Of a stretch of DNA of 64,000 nucleotides, positions 19,316-28,675 are shown in pieces. The DNA comes from a virus (Duplodnaviria; Caudoviricetes), in the IMG/VR virus record IMGVR_UViG_3300005512_000010, positions 1 to 64,000 of that record. One strand, written 5' to 3'. The translations under genes and the position numbers were made by a program. Each line of letters begins with the position of its first letter. The first letter of the stretch is position 1. Under the pieces are notes generated by a model, which had not been told where the DNA came from, made no database searches, and was given only the letters and a program-made list of their open reading frames with translations.

Positions 19316-22300
19316 CTTGACATATGCGTAATAGGAATCTTTAACTTCTTCCTGATTACCAATGTGAATCAGTTGGTCCTCATCAAAATCCGTGGAGTCC
19401 ACGGGCAGGTCTATTTTTAGTCTATGGGTATAATCAGCGAAGGCTATCTCTACCCCCAGATCTAGGCCATCATCTCCTAGAGATTCCACAGCACTGCCAT
19501 TAGATTCTTTGAACTCGAGCTTTTCGGTCACCGTTAAAGTTTTACCACCAAGCTCTAATATATTCGGGTCTCCCCAGAACACGTCATACTGCCCCTTTGT
19601 ATTCCCGGCATCATAGAGATTGAGGTCTGATATCGCTATGGCGGATAGCAGGGGATTTGATATGGCGTAGGGGGGATAGCATATCTCTGCACTCGACTCA
19701 GGGTCAAATCCGAATGGAGTTACCCGGGCCGACGCGGGTCTAGGTATCTCACTAAGGCTACCGCTGAGACTACCACCATTATAGGTGATCTTGAGAACGT
19801 CGGCAAATGCCATCGATTCACCACTATCGACGAGGAGATAGTTGTACGTAGCATTTTCTTCTGTGTAATACTCTATATATTTACCGCTAAAGCTATTGAT
19901 ATCCGCTCCTCCCACCTGCAGAGTCCCCTGGGTAGTAGATATCTGGATAAGGCTGACATTATTGTCAATGTCTTCATTGTCAATGTCTTCATATCTCTCT
20001 ACAGTAACAACTAAGATAGCCTTCAGGGAGTTGACGTTAGTCGTGAATCCAGAGTCATCAGCGACTCTGGTCACCGATATATTAATCGGAGATAGCCACG
20101 CACCGTCTGAAAATGCTGGCAATCCGTACCCGGTCGGGTCATCGCTAGAGGGCGATGCGATTTCATCGTAACTCAAGCCGTTCCACTCATAATACTTATC
20201 TTCACTCACTGCGTAGTAAACGACTCCGGCCGATCCGGTGCCAGGTAAAACTGCCAGCTCGTCGTACATGTCTACGGTATAAAATTTATTATACCTGGGG
20301 TCCTCCGTATCAGTTACTTTACTAATATATAATCTAATGCTGTTTGGTGACACCTTGCCGCTGGCAACAGTTTCGTGATTAGGACTTCCACCCAGGTCGT
20401 CCGCACCTAAGAGATCGGTGTCTTCGTACATGGCGCTGTTGATGGGGACGGCGTTAAAGTTTAGTTTACCCGCTTCGCCCAATTGGTTAGGAACCATGCG
20501 CAATCCTATATAATTCGAACCAAGTTCTTCAGAGCTGGAGTATCTAGTTTCTCCGAGAATAATGTTAGGGCGCGAAGAGTATGTATGCTTCTCAATAGCA
20601 GCTCCGGGGTTAACTACTCTGTTATTTGGAGAAACCTTAGCCGAAGTATCGCTGACAATCTCTTCAATGATATACTTTTCCCCTGCCGCTACGTCTACAA
20701 CATCGCCTACAGCGAGTTCGCTGTTAAAAACCGTACCGGTCCCGGTCATCGTATCCCCGCTGATTCCTACCGTCCCCGTAAGCGATGTGCCCCCATCACC
20801 GTATAAGCCGAGCCCTAGGGCGGGTGATCTCAGCGAAGAATTGAAATCGTTTTCAAGAAAACCATCGAGAGGGGTGTTATCTCCGTCAACAGCGTTGGGG
20901 TCGGTATCATAGGGGTGTCCCTCTGAGACTTTCCACCATGTAGGTCTGGTATCAAAACCTACTCTTTGTATATCAGGCTCGTGAGAGCCGTCCGTGAGAT
21001 CGAGGTAGGAGATGTAAGCCTCATCAGGCGAGGCTATACGACCTTTCCACAGCGCAGTAAGATTATCATTAAATTCTGGTGATATTCTCAGAGTATAAGT
21101 TCCCGCAGCGACAGTATCCGTTGTCGTCACATTAGTGCCATTAGTAGACAAATCGATGATGATGGGCGAAGCGAGTATATCACTGCCACTAGCGATTAGG
21201 GAGTATGACACTGAGGCATCGGAATCTTCAAGGATATTAATAACCTGATCTATTGTGGTGCCAGCAACATTACCAGAGCCGTCAATATCTACAATATGCT
21301 CTTCGCTATAGAAATTAATAGCACTTGAGACCGAAGTCGTCTTGATAAATAGATTAGGTTCGGTGGGTACAATCTCATCTAATGCTATCTTATCCGTCGC
21401 GCCGTGATACATTCTAATAGTGATGGGGACATAAGCCACCCAATTATCACTATAACCATACTTGTATTGATCACTTAACTGATCTGTGTTAAAGGTTACT
21501 TTGGAGAGATAAGTCTGTTCGGATTGCTGAGCGGAATTACCATCTACGCTGAAAACCTCAACCCAGGACGTGGCATCGCTGGCAATGGCCATGTCTATCT
21601 TCACCTGTACATTAGTCTGCACCTGAAAAGCATAGATGCCAGGAGTAATCCTAAGATAACCATCCCATCTAATCCCCCAATTATACTGATACGACCTTAA
21701 CGGTGAAGGGGGTTGTTGCCAACGAAAGTTTGAGTCTTCGGCAATAATGCTTTGATCACCACCCGAGCTATCCGCTACGAGGAGAGTTTGTTCAGCACCA
21801 GTCCACCTAGAATCTATCCATGCTCGGGTAAACCAATAGCCCTTCTCGATATACGGCAAGATACTACCAGAGCTATTAATCAATACCTTGCTGCTGGTAG
21901 ACTGATTATTATCATCTAAGTTGCCATTACTTAGGGACGTATCAGCATCATTGGGTGATTGACTAAACCACAGGGGTTTATTTCTCACCGAATAAGGACG
22001 TATCAGTTTGAATACGAGATCAGAAAAATTTCCCGTCGTAGCGCTCTGTATACCTGACAATTTACTAATCGCGCTAGATCCTTCTACTGTCCATGTGGTA
22101 GGAGATGTCAGCCTGAGAGATATCTCCAATCCACTAAGATTAATGACCAGACCGTCAGCAGTCCCGTACTGATCAAGATCTAATATGATAGCGGTCTCCA
22201 CCCCTAGAATCGTAGATTCAGAGAGATTAGTAGTTCCATCAGTATCTTTAAGCTCGGATACAGTGACCGCTCCGGTGTCAGAGTTAAAGGAGAATCTTAT

Positions 22301-22777
22301 AAATCCAATATGCTGAGGGGTAGTCGGAGGCTTATAAAACTGAGCACTGGGCCCGCTGTGTAGATTGGGATAAGTTCCGTCTCCGTAAAACGAGTCGAGA
22401 AAATTTATTCTATCTTGAATCCGAATCCTTGGAGTTATAGAAACCGTACTCCCTAGACTACCTCCCCCTATACTAGCACCAGACAGTCTGCTAAGAAAAC
22501 TCCTGTCTATGCCTTCGTCAACGAAGTCTGAAGTAACGTTCCAGTCTAACACGTCATAGGGACCCCCATACTGATTTGTTTCAGCGCCCTCGGTTATACT
22601 TATCTTACGCAGAATATTATTAAGGCTTTCTCCTCGATCTTCAACATCGGACAGAGCGGAGGAACGCCTTAGGCCAATAAATCTCGCCCGGCCACTCTTC
22701 CTGGGAGCCTCTTTTCTTAACCTTCTTATCAGAGATTGTCCAGTTAAACCGAGATCTCCGCTGACTTTGGTCGCCAT
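19304..22777 (-). CDS. Tail protein with PA14-like carbohydrate-binding domain
   Basis: YNWGIRWDGYLRITPGIYAFQVQTN...VKIDM fits the PA14 core. Also a TGTGTVFNSELAVGD fibre motif and an in-frame 15-bp tandem duplication (EDIDN x2, 19961-19990). Confidence 0.7.
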   Translation of the reverse strand: MATKVSGDLGLTGQSLIRRLRKEAPRKSGRARFIGLRRSSALSDVEDRGESLNNILRKISITEGAETNQYGGPYDVLDWNVTSDFVDEGIDRSFLSRLSGASIGGGSLGSTVSITPRIRIQDRINFLDSFYGDGTYPNLHSGPSAQFYKPPTTPQHIGFIRFSFNSDTGAVTVSELKDTDGTTNLSESTILGVETAIILDLDQYGTADGLVINLSGLEISLRLTSPTTWTVEGSSAISKLSGIQSATTGNFSDLVFKLIRPYSVRNKPLWFSQSPNDADTSLSNGNLDDNNQSTSSKVLINSSGSILPYIEKGYWFTRAWIDSRWTGAEQTLLVADSSGGDQSIIAEDSNFRWQQPPSPLRSYQYNWGIRWDGYLRITPGIYAFQVQTNVQVKIDMAIASDATSWVEVFSVDGNSAQQSEQTYLSKVTFNTDQLSDQYKYGYSDNWVAYVPITIRMYHGATDKIALDEIVPTEPNLFIKTTSVSSAINFYSEEHIVDIDGSGNVAGTTIDQVINILEDSDASVSYSLIASGSDILASPIIIDLSTNGTNVTTTDTVAAGTYTLRISPEFNDNLTALWKGRIASPDEAYISYLDLTDGSHEPDIQRVGFDTRPTWWKVSEGHPYDTDPNAVDGDNTPLDGFLENDFNSSLRSPALGLGLYGDGGTSLTGTVGISGDTMTGTGTVFNSELAVGDVVDVAAGEKYIIEEIVSDTSAKVSPNNRVVNPGAAIEKHTYSSRPNIILGETRYSSSEELGSNYIGLRMVPNQLGEAGKLNFNAVPINSAMYEDTDLLGADDLGGSPNHETVASGKVSPNSIRLYISKVTDTEDPRYNKFYTVDMYDELAVLPGTGSAGVVYYAVSEDKYYEWNGLSYDEIASPSSDDPTGYGLPAFSDGAWLSPINISVTRVADDSGFTTNVNSLKAILVVTVERYEDIDNEDIDNNVSLIQISTTQGTLQVGGADINSFSGKYIEYYTEENATYNYLLVDSGESMAFADVLKITYNGGSLSGSLSEIPRPASARVTPFGFDPESSAEICYPPYAISNPLLSAIAISDLNLYDAGNTKGQYDVFWGDPNILELGGKTLTVTEKLEFKESNGSAVESLGDDGLDLGVEIAFADYTHRLKIDLPVDSTDFDEDQLIHIGNQEEVKDSYYAYVKLDS

Positions 22778-22798
22778 AAATCTTACTATACTATTCCT

Positions 22799-22826
22799 AA
22801 TAAGCTTTCAACGTTGAAAGCAGAGT
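22799..22826. promoter_or_regulatory. Back-to-back pair of promoter motifs forming palindrome GCTTTCAACGTTGAAAGC (22804-22821)
   Basis: Divergent genes start at 22777(-) and about 22843(+). Confidence 0.85.
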
Positions 22827-22842
22827 GAGGAGGTATTTAATT

Positions 22843-23061
22843 TTGACAAAAAATGTATTCGAAGGTAGCGCTTTTTTAATAGCCGAACTGATCTTCTGTC
22901 TAGCTTTTCTATCTGCCTGCGAGATTCCAAACTGGACCAGGGGACCTTTTTCACCCAACCAATGTGTTGACAGGTGGATGTTTTCGGCTGGGCTTTTTTT
23001 CCCTTCAAGTTTACAATCCCCTGGTGTTACTTCGCCTCGTAGAGGTCGGAATAAGACTTGA
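22843..23061 (+). CDS. Small membrane/lipoprotein candidate
   Basis: GAGGAGG RBS then TTG 22843; hydrophobic stretch ending in the lipobox LSAC. Confidence 0.5.
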   Translation: MTKNVFEGSAFLIAELIFCLAFLSACEIPNWTRGPFSPNQCVDRWMFSAGLFFPSSLQSPGVTSPRRGRNKT

Positions 23062-23779
23062 TGACTTCTCGTACAAACTCGGAGCGAACTATGTCGTCCA
23101 TGCCGAATTCGACACAGCCCACAAACCCCTTGAGGTGATGTAGTCTAGACCTAGCATCGCTAAGTCCGTCGCCTCCGAACCTTTTAGACAAATCTCTCTG
23201 TACCACATCGCCGAGGAGAGATATCGTGCTGTGATCACCTAGACGTGACAAGATGGTAAGGACAGAGTGATCAGTGGCATTCTGCATCTCATCCGCGATG
23301 ATCATACAGCGGTGTAGTGATCTCCCCCTAAGGTGTTCGATGGGCAAAAACTCTATGATCTTCTTATCAATAAGATAATCAGCCTTCCCCTTTGCCATAA
23401 ACACACTCAAAGCATCTCGTAAAGAGGCGATATGCGGCTCGAGCTTATCCTTCTCCGTGCCTGGCAAAAACCCTATCCCTTTCTCTCCAGGCGTATCGAC
23501 GATGGGTTTAATGTAGTAGATTTTGTCTATAAGGCCTTTTTGTAGTTTTTCACAAGCAACGTAGACAGACAGCAGCGTCTTTGCAGTCCCCGGAGGACCG
23601 GTCAAGATGGTCAGAGTTCTAGTTCTCAGGTATTCCATAGCCTCCTTCTGACTCTCATTGGCAGGATGTATCGTAACAACTCCGTCCCCCCTAGAGGATG
23701 GAATCCCATAAGCCATCTCGTTATACCCTGGCACTGAGGATTCAGTCACCTTCTCTCTCCTGCTTTTACCTTTGGCCAT
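23027..23779 (-). CDS. phoH: PhoH family ATPase
   Basis: GPPGTAKT Walker A, IGFLPG, LRGRS, IIADEMQN, LLGDVVQRDL, DDIVRS. Confidence 0.95.
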   Translation of the reverse strand: MAKGKSRREKVTESSVPGYNEMAYGIPSSRGDGVVTIHPANESQKEAMEYLRTRTLTILTGPPGTAKTLLSVYVACEKLQKGLIDKIYYIKPIVDTPGEKGIGFLPGTEKDKLEPHIASLRDALSVFMAKGKADYLIDKKIIEFLPIEHLRGRSLHRCMIIADEMQNATDHSVLTILSRLGDHSTISLLGDVVQRDLSKRFGGDGLSDARSRLHHLKGFVGCVEFGMDDIVRSEFVREVIKSYSDLYEAK

Positions 23780-23797
23780 AAATCACCTGTAGATACA

Positions 23798-23834
23798 AAA
23801 AATGGGCAGACAACAGACATGCTGTTGACTACCC
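23798..23834 (-). terminator. Terminator-like hairpin in the phoH leader
   Basis: Minus strand reads GGGTAG-T-CAACAG CATGT CTGTTG-T-CTGCCC followed by ATTTTTT. Confidence 0.55.
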
Positions 23835-23884
23835 TTGGGGTTGAGTTTTCCTTAAGTCGGGTCAAAGATCTCTCCAAATCCCTT

Positions 23885-23898
23885 ACTTAGCTTTCAAC
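23885..23898 (-). promoter_or_regulatory. Conserved phage promoter motif
   Basis: GTTGAAAGCTAAGT on the minus strand, at the kinase stop, 119 nt before phoH. Confidence 0.75.
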
Positions 23899-24488
23899 TA
23901 CGGCAGCTCGAGTCCATCGCAGTAGGATAGAGTGACAGAGGAATCGTAGAGATCTCCGTCCATTGTGTGTATATTCTCCTGAGGGACAATGGTACCCGAT
24001 CTAAGGTATTCCCTAGTAAACTTATAGTATTCTTCGTGCTCAATCTCCCTCTTCTTAACCTGAGAATGAACCCAGTAATGGGAGGCTTTAGGGTACTGTT
24101 CAGTAATCTCGTCTCTATGCCTATTTTCAATATCTTTATTCCACTCATGCTCTATAAGAACGAGATCGAGACGGCTAGAGTATGAGAGGAGAAGTGACTC
24201 TACTTCATAGGAGTACTCGTGAGGGATAGGGGGCATCTTAGCCCGATAAGGTTCGTAGAACAAGGTGTCAGAAACAAACCGGTCTAGAATCAAGAAGTCG
24301 ATACCCTTGTCGTTTACATCCGACAGCGAGTCGGTAAACTGTTGTATAGGGGAGTGATGGGACGGATCAATTCCGCTAAAGTGAGCGACTAAGACGCTTG
24401 AACCGAAACTCTCCAACACCTTCTTTGTATTCCTTATCGCAGTAGTTTTACCCACCCGATCTGCACCGAGAACAATGATCGTTTCCAT
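23898..24488 (-). CDS. Deoxynucleoside monophosphate (thymidylate-like) kinase
   Basis: N-terminal P-loop IIVLGADRVGKTT and DFLILDRF motif. Confidence 0.75.
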   Translation of the reverse strand: METIIVLGADRVGKTTAIRNTKKVLESFGSSVLVAHFSGIDPSHHSPIQQFTDSLSDVNDKGIDFLILDRFVSDTLFYEPYRAKMPPIPHEYSYEVESLLLSYSSRLDLVLIEHEWNKDIENRHRDEITEQYPKASHYWVHSQVKKREIEHEEYYKFTREYLRSGTIVPQENIHTMDGDLYDSSVTLSYCDGLELP

Positions 24489-24509
24489 AGGCCCGAAGTA
24501 ACCGGGACA

Positions 24510-24518
24510 ACTGTAGCA
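24510..24518 (-). promoter_or_regulatory. Extended -10 promoter TGCTACAGT
   Basis: About 22 nt upstream of the kinase ATG; abuts the divergent motif at 24520. Confidence 0.5.
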
Positions 24519-24519
24519 C

Positions 24520-24533
24520 GTTGAAAGCTCTAT
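24520..24533 (+). promoter_or_regulatory. Conserved phage promoter motif
   Basis: GTTGAAAGCTCTAT, 36 nt before ATG 24556. Confidence 0.8.
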
Positions 24534-24555
24534 AGACGATTAGCTAGACAGTTTC

Positions 24556-24885
24556 ATGACACAGCCCCAGCCAAGATGGGGAGTCAGATTTACCTCTGAC
24601 CTCACCCACAACGAACAATATGTTCAAGGACTTTACGACAATGATAACACAGCGGCGAAGAGGGGAGAGCTGTTTCTAAACGAACCGGAGGAAGAGTTTT
24701 ACTATGTCGATAGCACAGGTACGGTAAAAACTGCTTATAAGAACACCTCGGTCGAGTTTAGCCGCATCGATTTTACGGGACTGCGCGAATTCTCCGACGA
24801 CACTGCAGCGGCGGCGGCAGATCCGGCCGTACCTATTGGCGGATTATACCACACCTCTGGGGTTTTGAAGGTCCGTCTGACCTAG
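24556..24885 (+). CDS. Hypothetical virion protein
   Basis: ORF after the motif; C-terminal VPIGGLYHTSGVLKVR. Confidence 0.65.
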   Translation: MTQPQPRWGVRFTSDLTHNEQYVQGLYDNDNTAAKRGELFLNEPEEEFYYVDSTGTVKTAYKNTSVEFSRIDFTGLREFSDDTAAAAADPAVPIGGLYHTSGVLKVRLT

Positions 24886-24893
24886 GATTTTTA

Positions 24894-24907
24894 GTTGAAA
24901 GCTAGAT
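24894..24907 (+). promoter_or_regulatory. Conserved phage promoter motif
   Basis: GTTGAAAGCTAGAT, 30 nt before ATG 24924. Confidence 0.8.
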
Positions 24908-24923
24908 GTAAGTAGAAATTGCC

Positions 24924-25652
24924 ATGACTGTCACCACTGCGACATTAAAAAAGCTTGTAGGGATAGAGTTTGAGTTTAAATCCTCCCTCGACGATTTCCT
25001 GCAGACCGTAATTGACAACAAGCTAGTTCTTGAGTATAATAGCGGCTCTAATACTCCTGCCGCAAGGACCAGCTCGCTGAACAGCTTTGTTTCCTGCGGC
25101 CCTAGTATGGGGTTTGAAGCTAAGAAATTTGCCTACGGAACCCTCGAACTAATCGTTAACGCCCTTGTCAACAACCTCGATGTACCCGAGGATCCCTATG
25201 CCAACGAACTCAACGATCAGCTAGTCAACATCACTCGATACGTCGGTATCGATGGCGAAGGAGACTACCACTTTATGGTAGCGGTCTACAATCTGACTGT
25301 TACCTTGTCCGAGATCCTTGACAATGTCACCCCCGTCGGCCCTATTGTAACTTATACCCTAACCGCTGGCGGTTCTGGCTACACCATCGACGGAGCTGAT
25401 GAAGATGAGACAGGAGTCGTGTTCCTCGGCACTCTCGCTCTCGGAGATCAGACAGACCCGGATCAGTATACCAATGCCGTATTCGAAGCCACTATCGCCT
25501 CTGGCGTCGTAACTTCTATCACCGCTCTTAGCGATGGAGGAGACGGATTCGCAGTAGGCGACGTCGTAAGCCTCGATATCGATACAGGGACTGCGGGACA
25601 GGAGAGTGCTACTGGGTCCGGAGCTGAGGTAACAGTAAATAGCGTAGGTTAA
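24924..25652 (+). CDS. Virion structural protein
   Basis: TLTAGGSGY...GVVTSITALSDGGDGFAVGD repeats typical of cyanophage baseplate/tail proteins. Confidence 0.65.
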   Translation: MTVTTATLKKLVGIEFEFKSSLDDFLQTVIDNKLVLEYNSGSNTPAARTSSLNSFVSCGPSMGFEAKKFAYGTLELIVNALVNNLDVPEDPYANELNDQLVNITRYVGIDGEGDYHFMVAVYNLTVTLSEILDNVTPVGPIVTYTLTAGGSGYTIDGADEDETGVVFLGTLALGDQTDPDQYTNAVFEATIASGVVTSITALSDGGDGFAVGDVVSLDIDTGTAGQESATGSGAEVTVNSVG

Positions 25653-25654
25653 TA

Positions 25655-28600
25655 ATGGACGGGCTATACCGCTGCAGGTGTGCGGTAAGCTATAGGCCGT
25701 ATTCTAGTGACAAACTAATCTCGTTTTCTGAGAAACAAGTAGTCAGCGCTTCAGTAAACCTCCAATGGAGCCCTAACGGGCTAGTGATGAACGCCGATGC
25801 TATGACCGAGGCTACGCAGTTTGTTACTGCGTTGTCAGGGTCTACGGCCAGTATAACCTTATCCGACCCCTATATGACCGGGGTAGCCTGGGCTGCCCTA
25901 TTCGATTCTGCTGCAGCGTATACGAACTCCAGCCATGCTGCAGCGAATCACATCATGCTGCCTGCTTGCAAAGAGGGAGAGAGCCCGGAGTCGAATCGGT
26001 GTAGGCGTTTTCAGGAGATCGAGGATCCTCGTTTAAGAAAGGGGGGCTTTGGTGACTTCGCCCATATAGTGGTGAAGTATTACTACGAAGTGGCCGGTAC
26101 GAAGGTATCATTGGATACCTATTTTAGGCTGCAAAGTTTCTCAATTAAGCATGGTAAATCCTACCCCCAAGTCTCCCTACAAGGTGTAGACCCTCAGGTC
26201 GTAGCGTTCAACCAGTCTTTGGGAAACTTTCAGCTAGAGGAGAACAAATCTCTAGAGGAAAACCTGAAAAACGTGGTAGAAGAGCTGGGATACACCCCCT
26301 CCTTCTGTACCGATCCGACGGATAAGGAGACCAAGAAGTATATAATGCCCAGGTCGTTTAAAGAAAAGAACGTTACTGCTGGAGAGTTGATAAAAAAATA
26401 TTTAGATAGTGTAGGTGGAAGCTATAACTCTTTGCCGGTAAAAGAATACGCTAAGAAGATATCTTTATGCACCAGAGCTAATGTGAATCAAGGATGTTCC
26501 GTATTCTACCTGGGCAAAGGACTCTACGAGGGGTATACTATCACCGGTCAAGTCCCCACCAATCTCTTGAACCAAAACCTGGAGTATGACCTGTCCAGAG
26601 GTCTTGGATATAACTACGATAAACTCCCACTACGGGAGAATAAGTCATACACTATTGATGATATATACAAAGAGAAGAGAGATGCGAAACTGAAAGATGC
26701 TCGGACAGACCTGACTAGTTTTCCTAACCAATTCGAAACCCTTAACAAGAGGTTTTCAGACAAACAGACTGGTAGCGGATATGTATGGAACTCTGCAGGA
26801 CCGCAGGTGAAGACTGAAAAGAAGAAAAAGACTAACTTCTATGGAATCGGTATTAGCGGCGATGCCCCCAAGTCACTTTTAGATGGCATAGCGGTAACTG
26901 TCAGCGGAGATGGGGGACGAGTCATCATAGCAACGAATTACTTCCTGCGCTACTGCGATGAGAACAAGAAGTGTAGGAATAGTGTTATCATGCAGGAGAC
27001 TGTCAATCTATCCAGTGTAGAGGAGAGGTTGAAGGAAGGTACTCCCGTGGAGATGAATGAGCAGATAGGGACTGCGACGAGTGAGAAACCTGAGTTCACC
27101 AGATTTTACATTTCCGCTATTAGTTCGTCTGATAAGATAACTCTGTCCCCCGCTTTGGTGTGGAAATACGCTGTACCGGTTAAACCACTGACGGATGAGG
27201 AGAAGAAGGATATTGATTTGAGGGGAGATAAGCCATCGTCACCGGTGAGTAATTCGGGCCAAGGCTCTGTTATTGGGAGAGTGGGAAATACTGGACGCAG
27301 TACTGGTCCCCACCTTCACGCTGAATACGAACCTTCCAGACCAATCACTAGAGAAGACCTTGATGGGATTATAGAGATTGGAGGTAGACCACCTTCGTCC
27401 TGGAAAACATCTTCTCGATACGGAGCTCAAGAAGAATTTAGACCTAGACCTCACAAAGGGGTAGATTTGGTTGGAGACTCAGTAGATATAAATAATCAAC
27501 CTATAACTCTGCTCGATGGTAAAGTTATAGATACTGGTTTTGAGAGTGGATTTGGAAATTATGTGGTAATAGATACTCCTAAAGGCGAAATTCTCCTGGC
27601 TCATTTGGCAGACGGGTCGACTCAAGGTGTCCAGGGAACCAAATCCAGCGTAGGATCTAGATACGGTACTGGCGTGCAAAGCGGTCCTGCTGTCAACGGT
27701 GCTGAGATATCGACTGAGTTTAAAGGTATCCCCCGTGCCCTGAGAATCGTGCCGGGAAGAACGATTCTATCGCTGATTACCAACTACGATGAGTGGGTGG
27801 AGCAGGGTAGGCCGAGTACAATCGATCCGGGGATATGGATAGCAGAGAGGTTTTCCAAGTGGTTCGTTAAAAATGCCCGCTACCAGTGGAGTAAAGGAGA
27901 CCTTAGAGTATCTATAACAGGGGTTACTGATTGGGGGAATACTACAGCTAGGATACAAGTTCCCCCTTTTGAGGATTATATATCCTCAGGAGAATTTAAT
28001 GTCGCAAAAGATTACTACGGATATATAAGATCGGTAGGGGATTTGTGCTGGAAACTTGAGGACGGTAAGACCTCCTGCGAAGTCTTTTGTAAAGAGGCTC
28101 AGGATATTGAAAATTTCTACAAAGCAGGAAGATCGGGGAGTAGGGGAAGTGTTAATAGCGAATTTCCTCCGGCAAACTGTCAATACAAGGGGTCTAAGTA
28201 TCCTGCGGACAAGGTAAATCTTATCATAAACGCTACAAGACAAGCGGGAATAAATACGAAGGCGGCTTATGCCGGCATCGTTGGCAATGCTCTGGCAGAG
28301 TCCACTACAAATCTTGATCCGGCCATAGAGAATCGGAAGGGTAGCGGTGCTTTTGGAATTTTCCAATGGCTAGGCCCCAGGAGGACAAATCTAGAAAAAT
28401 TTGCCAGAGAGTCTGGCAGATCAGCTTCCGATTTTAATACTCAAATGTCATTTTTTATAGCAGAATTGGACCCTGACAGTCCGTACTACGATGCTACGTC
28501 AGATGTAAAAGCGCCAGGGGGAAATCTCATCCAGGCCATGAATTCTGCCAGAAGCCCAGAGGAAGCCGCTGCGCTGTTTAATGATGCATATGAGCGAGCC

Positions 28601-28675
28601 CCTGGTCAGCTAGAAGGGGAAAGGCAAGATTTCGGTGTAGAAATCTTTAGCGAAATGGATTGTGTAGAAGAATGA
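25655..28675 (+). CDS. Baseplate hub-like protein with M23 peptidase and phage-tail-lysozyme domains
   Basis: GNTGRSTGPHLH, HKGVDL and LLAHL (M23). GIVGNALAES, GAFGIFQWLGPRR and SPEEAAALFNDAYERA (tail lysozyme). The N-terminal hub-like region is inferred. Confidence 0.8.
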   Translation: MDGLYRCRCAVSYRPYSSDKLISFSEKQVVSASVNLQWSPNGLVMNADAMTEATQFVTALSGSTASITLSDPYMTGVAWAALFDSAAAYTNSSHAAANHIMLPACKEGESPESNRCRRFQEIEDPRLRKGGFGDFAHIVVKYYYEVAGTKVSLDTYFRLQSFSIKHGKSYPQVSLQGVDPQVVAFNQSLGNFQLEENKSLEENLKNVVEELGYTPSFCTDPTDKETKKYIMPRSFKEKNVTAGELIKKYLDSVGGSYNSLPVKEYAKKISLCTRANVNQGCSVFYLGKGLYEGYTITGQVPTNLLNQNLEYDLSRGLGYNYDKLPLRENKSYTIDDIYKEKRDAKLKDARTDLTSFPNQFETLNKRFSDKQTGSGYVWNSAGPQVKTEKKKKTNFYGIGISGDAPKSLLDGIAVTVSGDGGRVIIATNYFLRYCDENKKCRNSVIMQETVNLSSVEERLKEGTPVEMNEQIGTATSEKPEFTRFYISAISSSDKITLSPALVWKYAVPVKPLTDEEKKDIDLRGDKPSSPVSNSGQGSVIGRVGNTGRSTGPHLHAEYEPSRPITREDLDGIIEIGGRPPSSWKTSSRYGAQEEFRPRPHKGVDLVGDSVDINNQPITLLDGKVIDTGFESGFGNYVVIDTPKGEILLAHLADGSTQGVQGTKSSVGSRYGTGVQSGPAVNGAEISTEFKGIPRALRIVPGRTILSLITNYDEWVEQGRPSTIDPGIWIAERFSKWFVKNARYQWSKGDLRVSITGVTDWGNTTARIQVPPFEDYISSGEFNVAKDYYGYIRSVGDLCWKLEDGKTSCEVFCKEAQDIENFYKAGRSGSRGSVNSEFPPANCQYKGSKYPADKVNLIINATRQAGINTKAAYAGIVGNALAESTTNLDPAIENRKGSGAFGIFQWLGPRRTNLEKFARESGRSASDFNTQMSFFIAELDPDSPYYDATSDVKAPGGNLIQAMNSARSPEEAAALFNDAYERAPGQLEGERQDFGVEIFSEMDCVEE

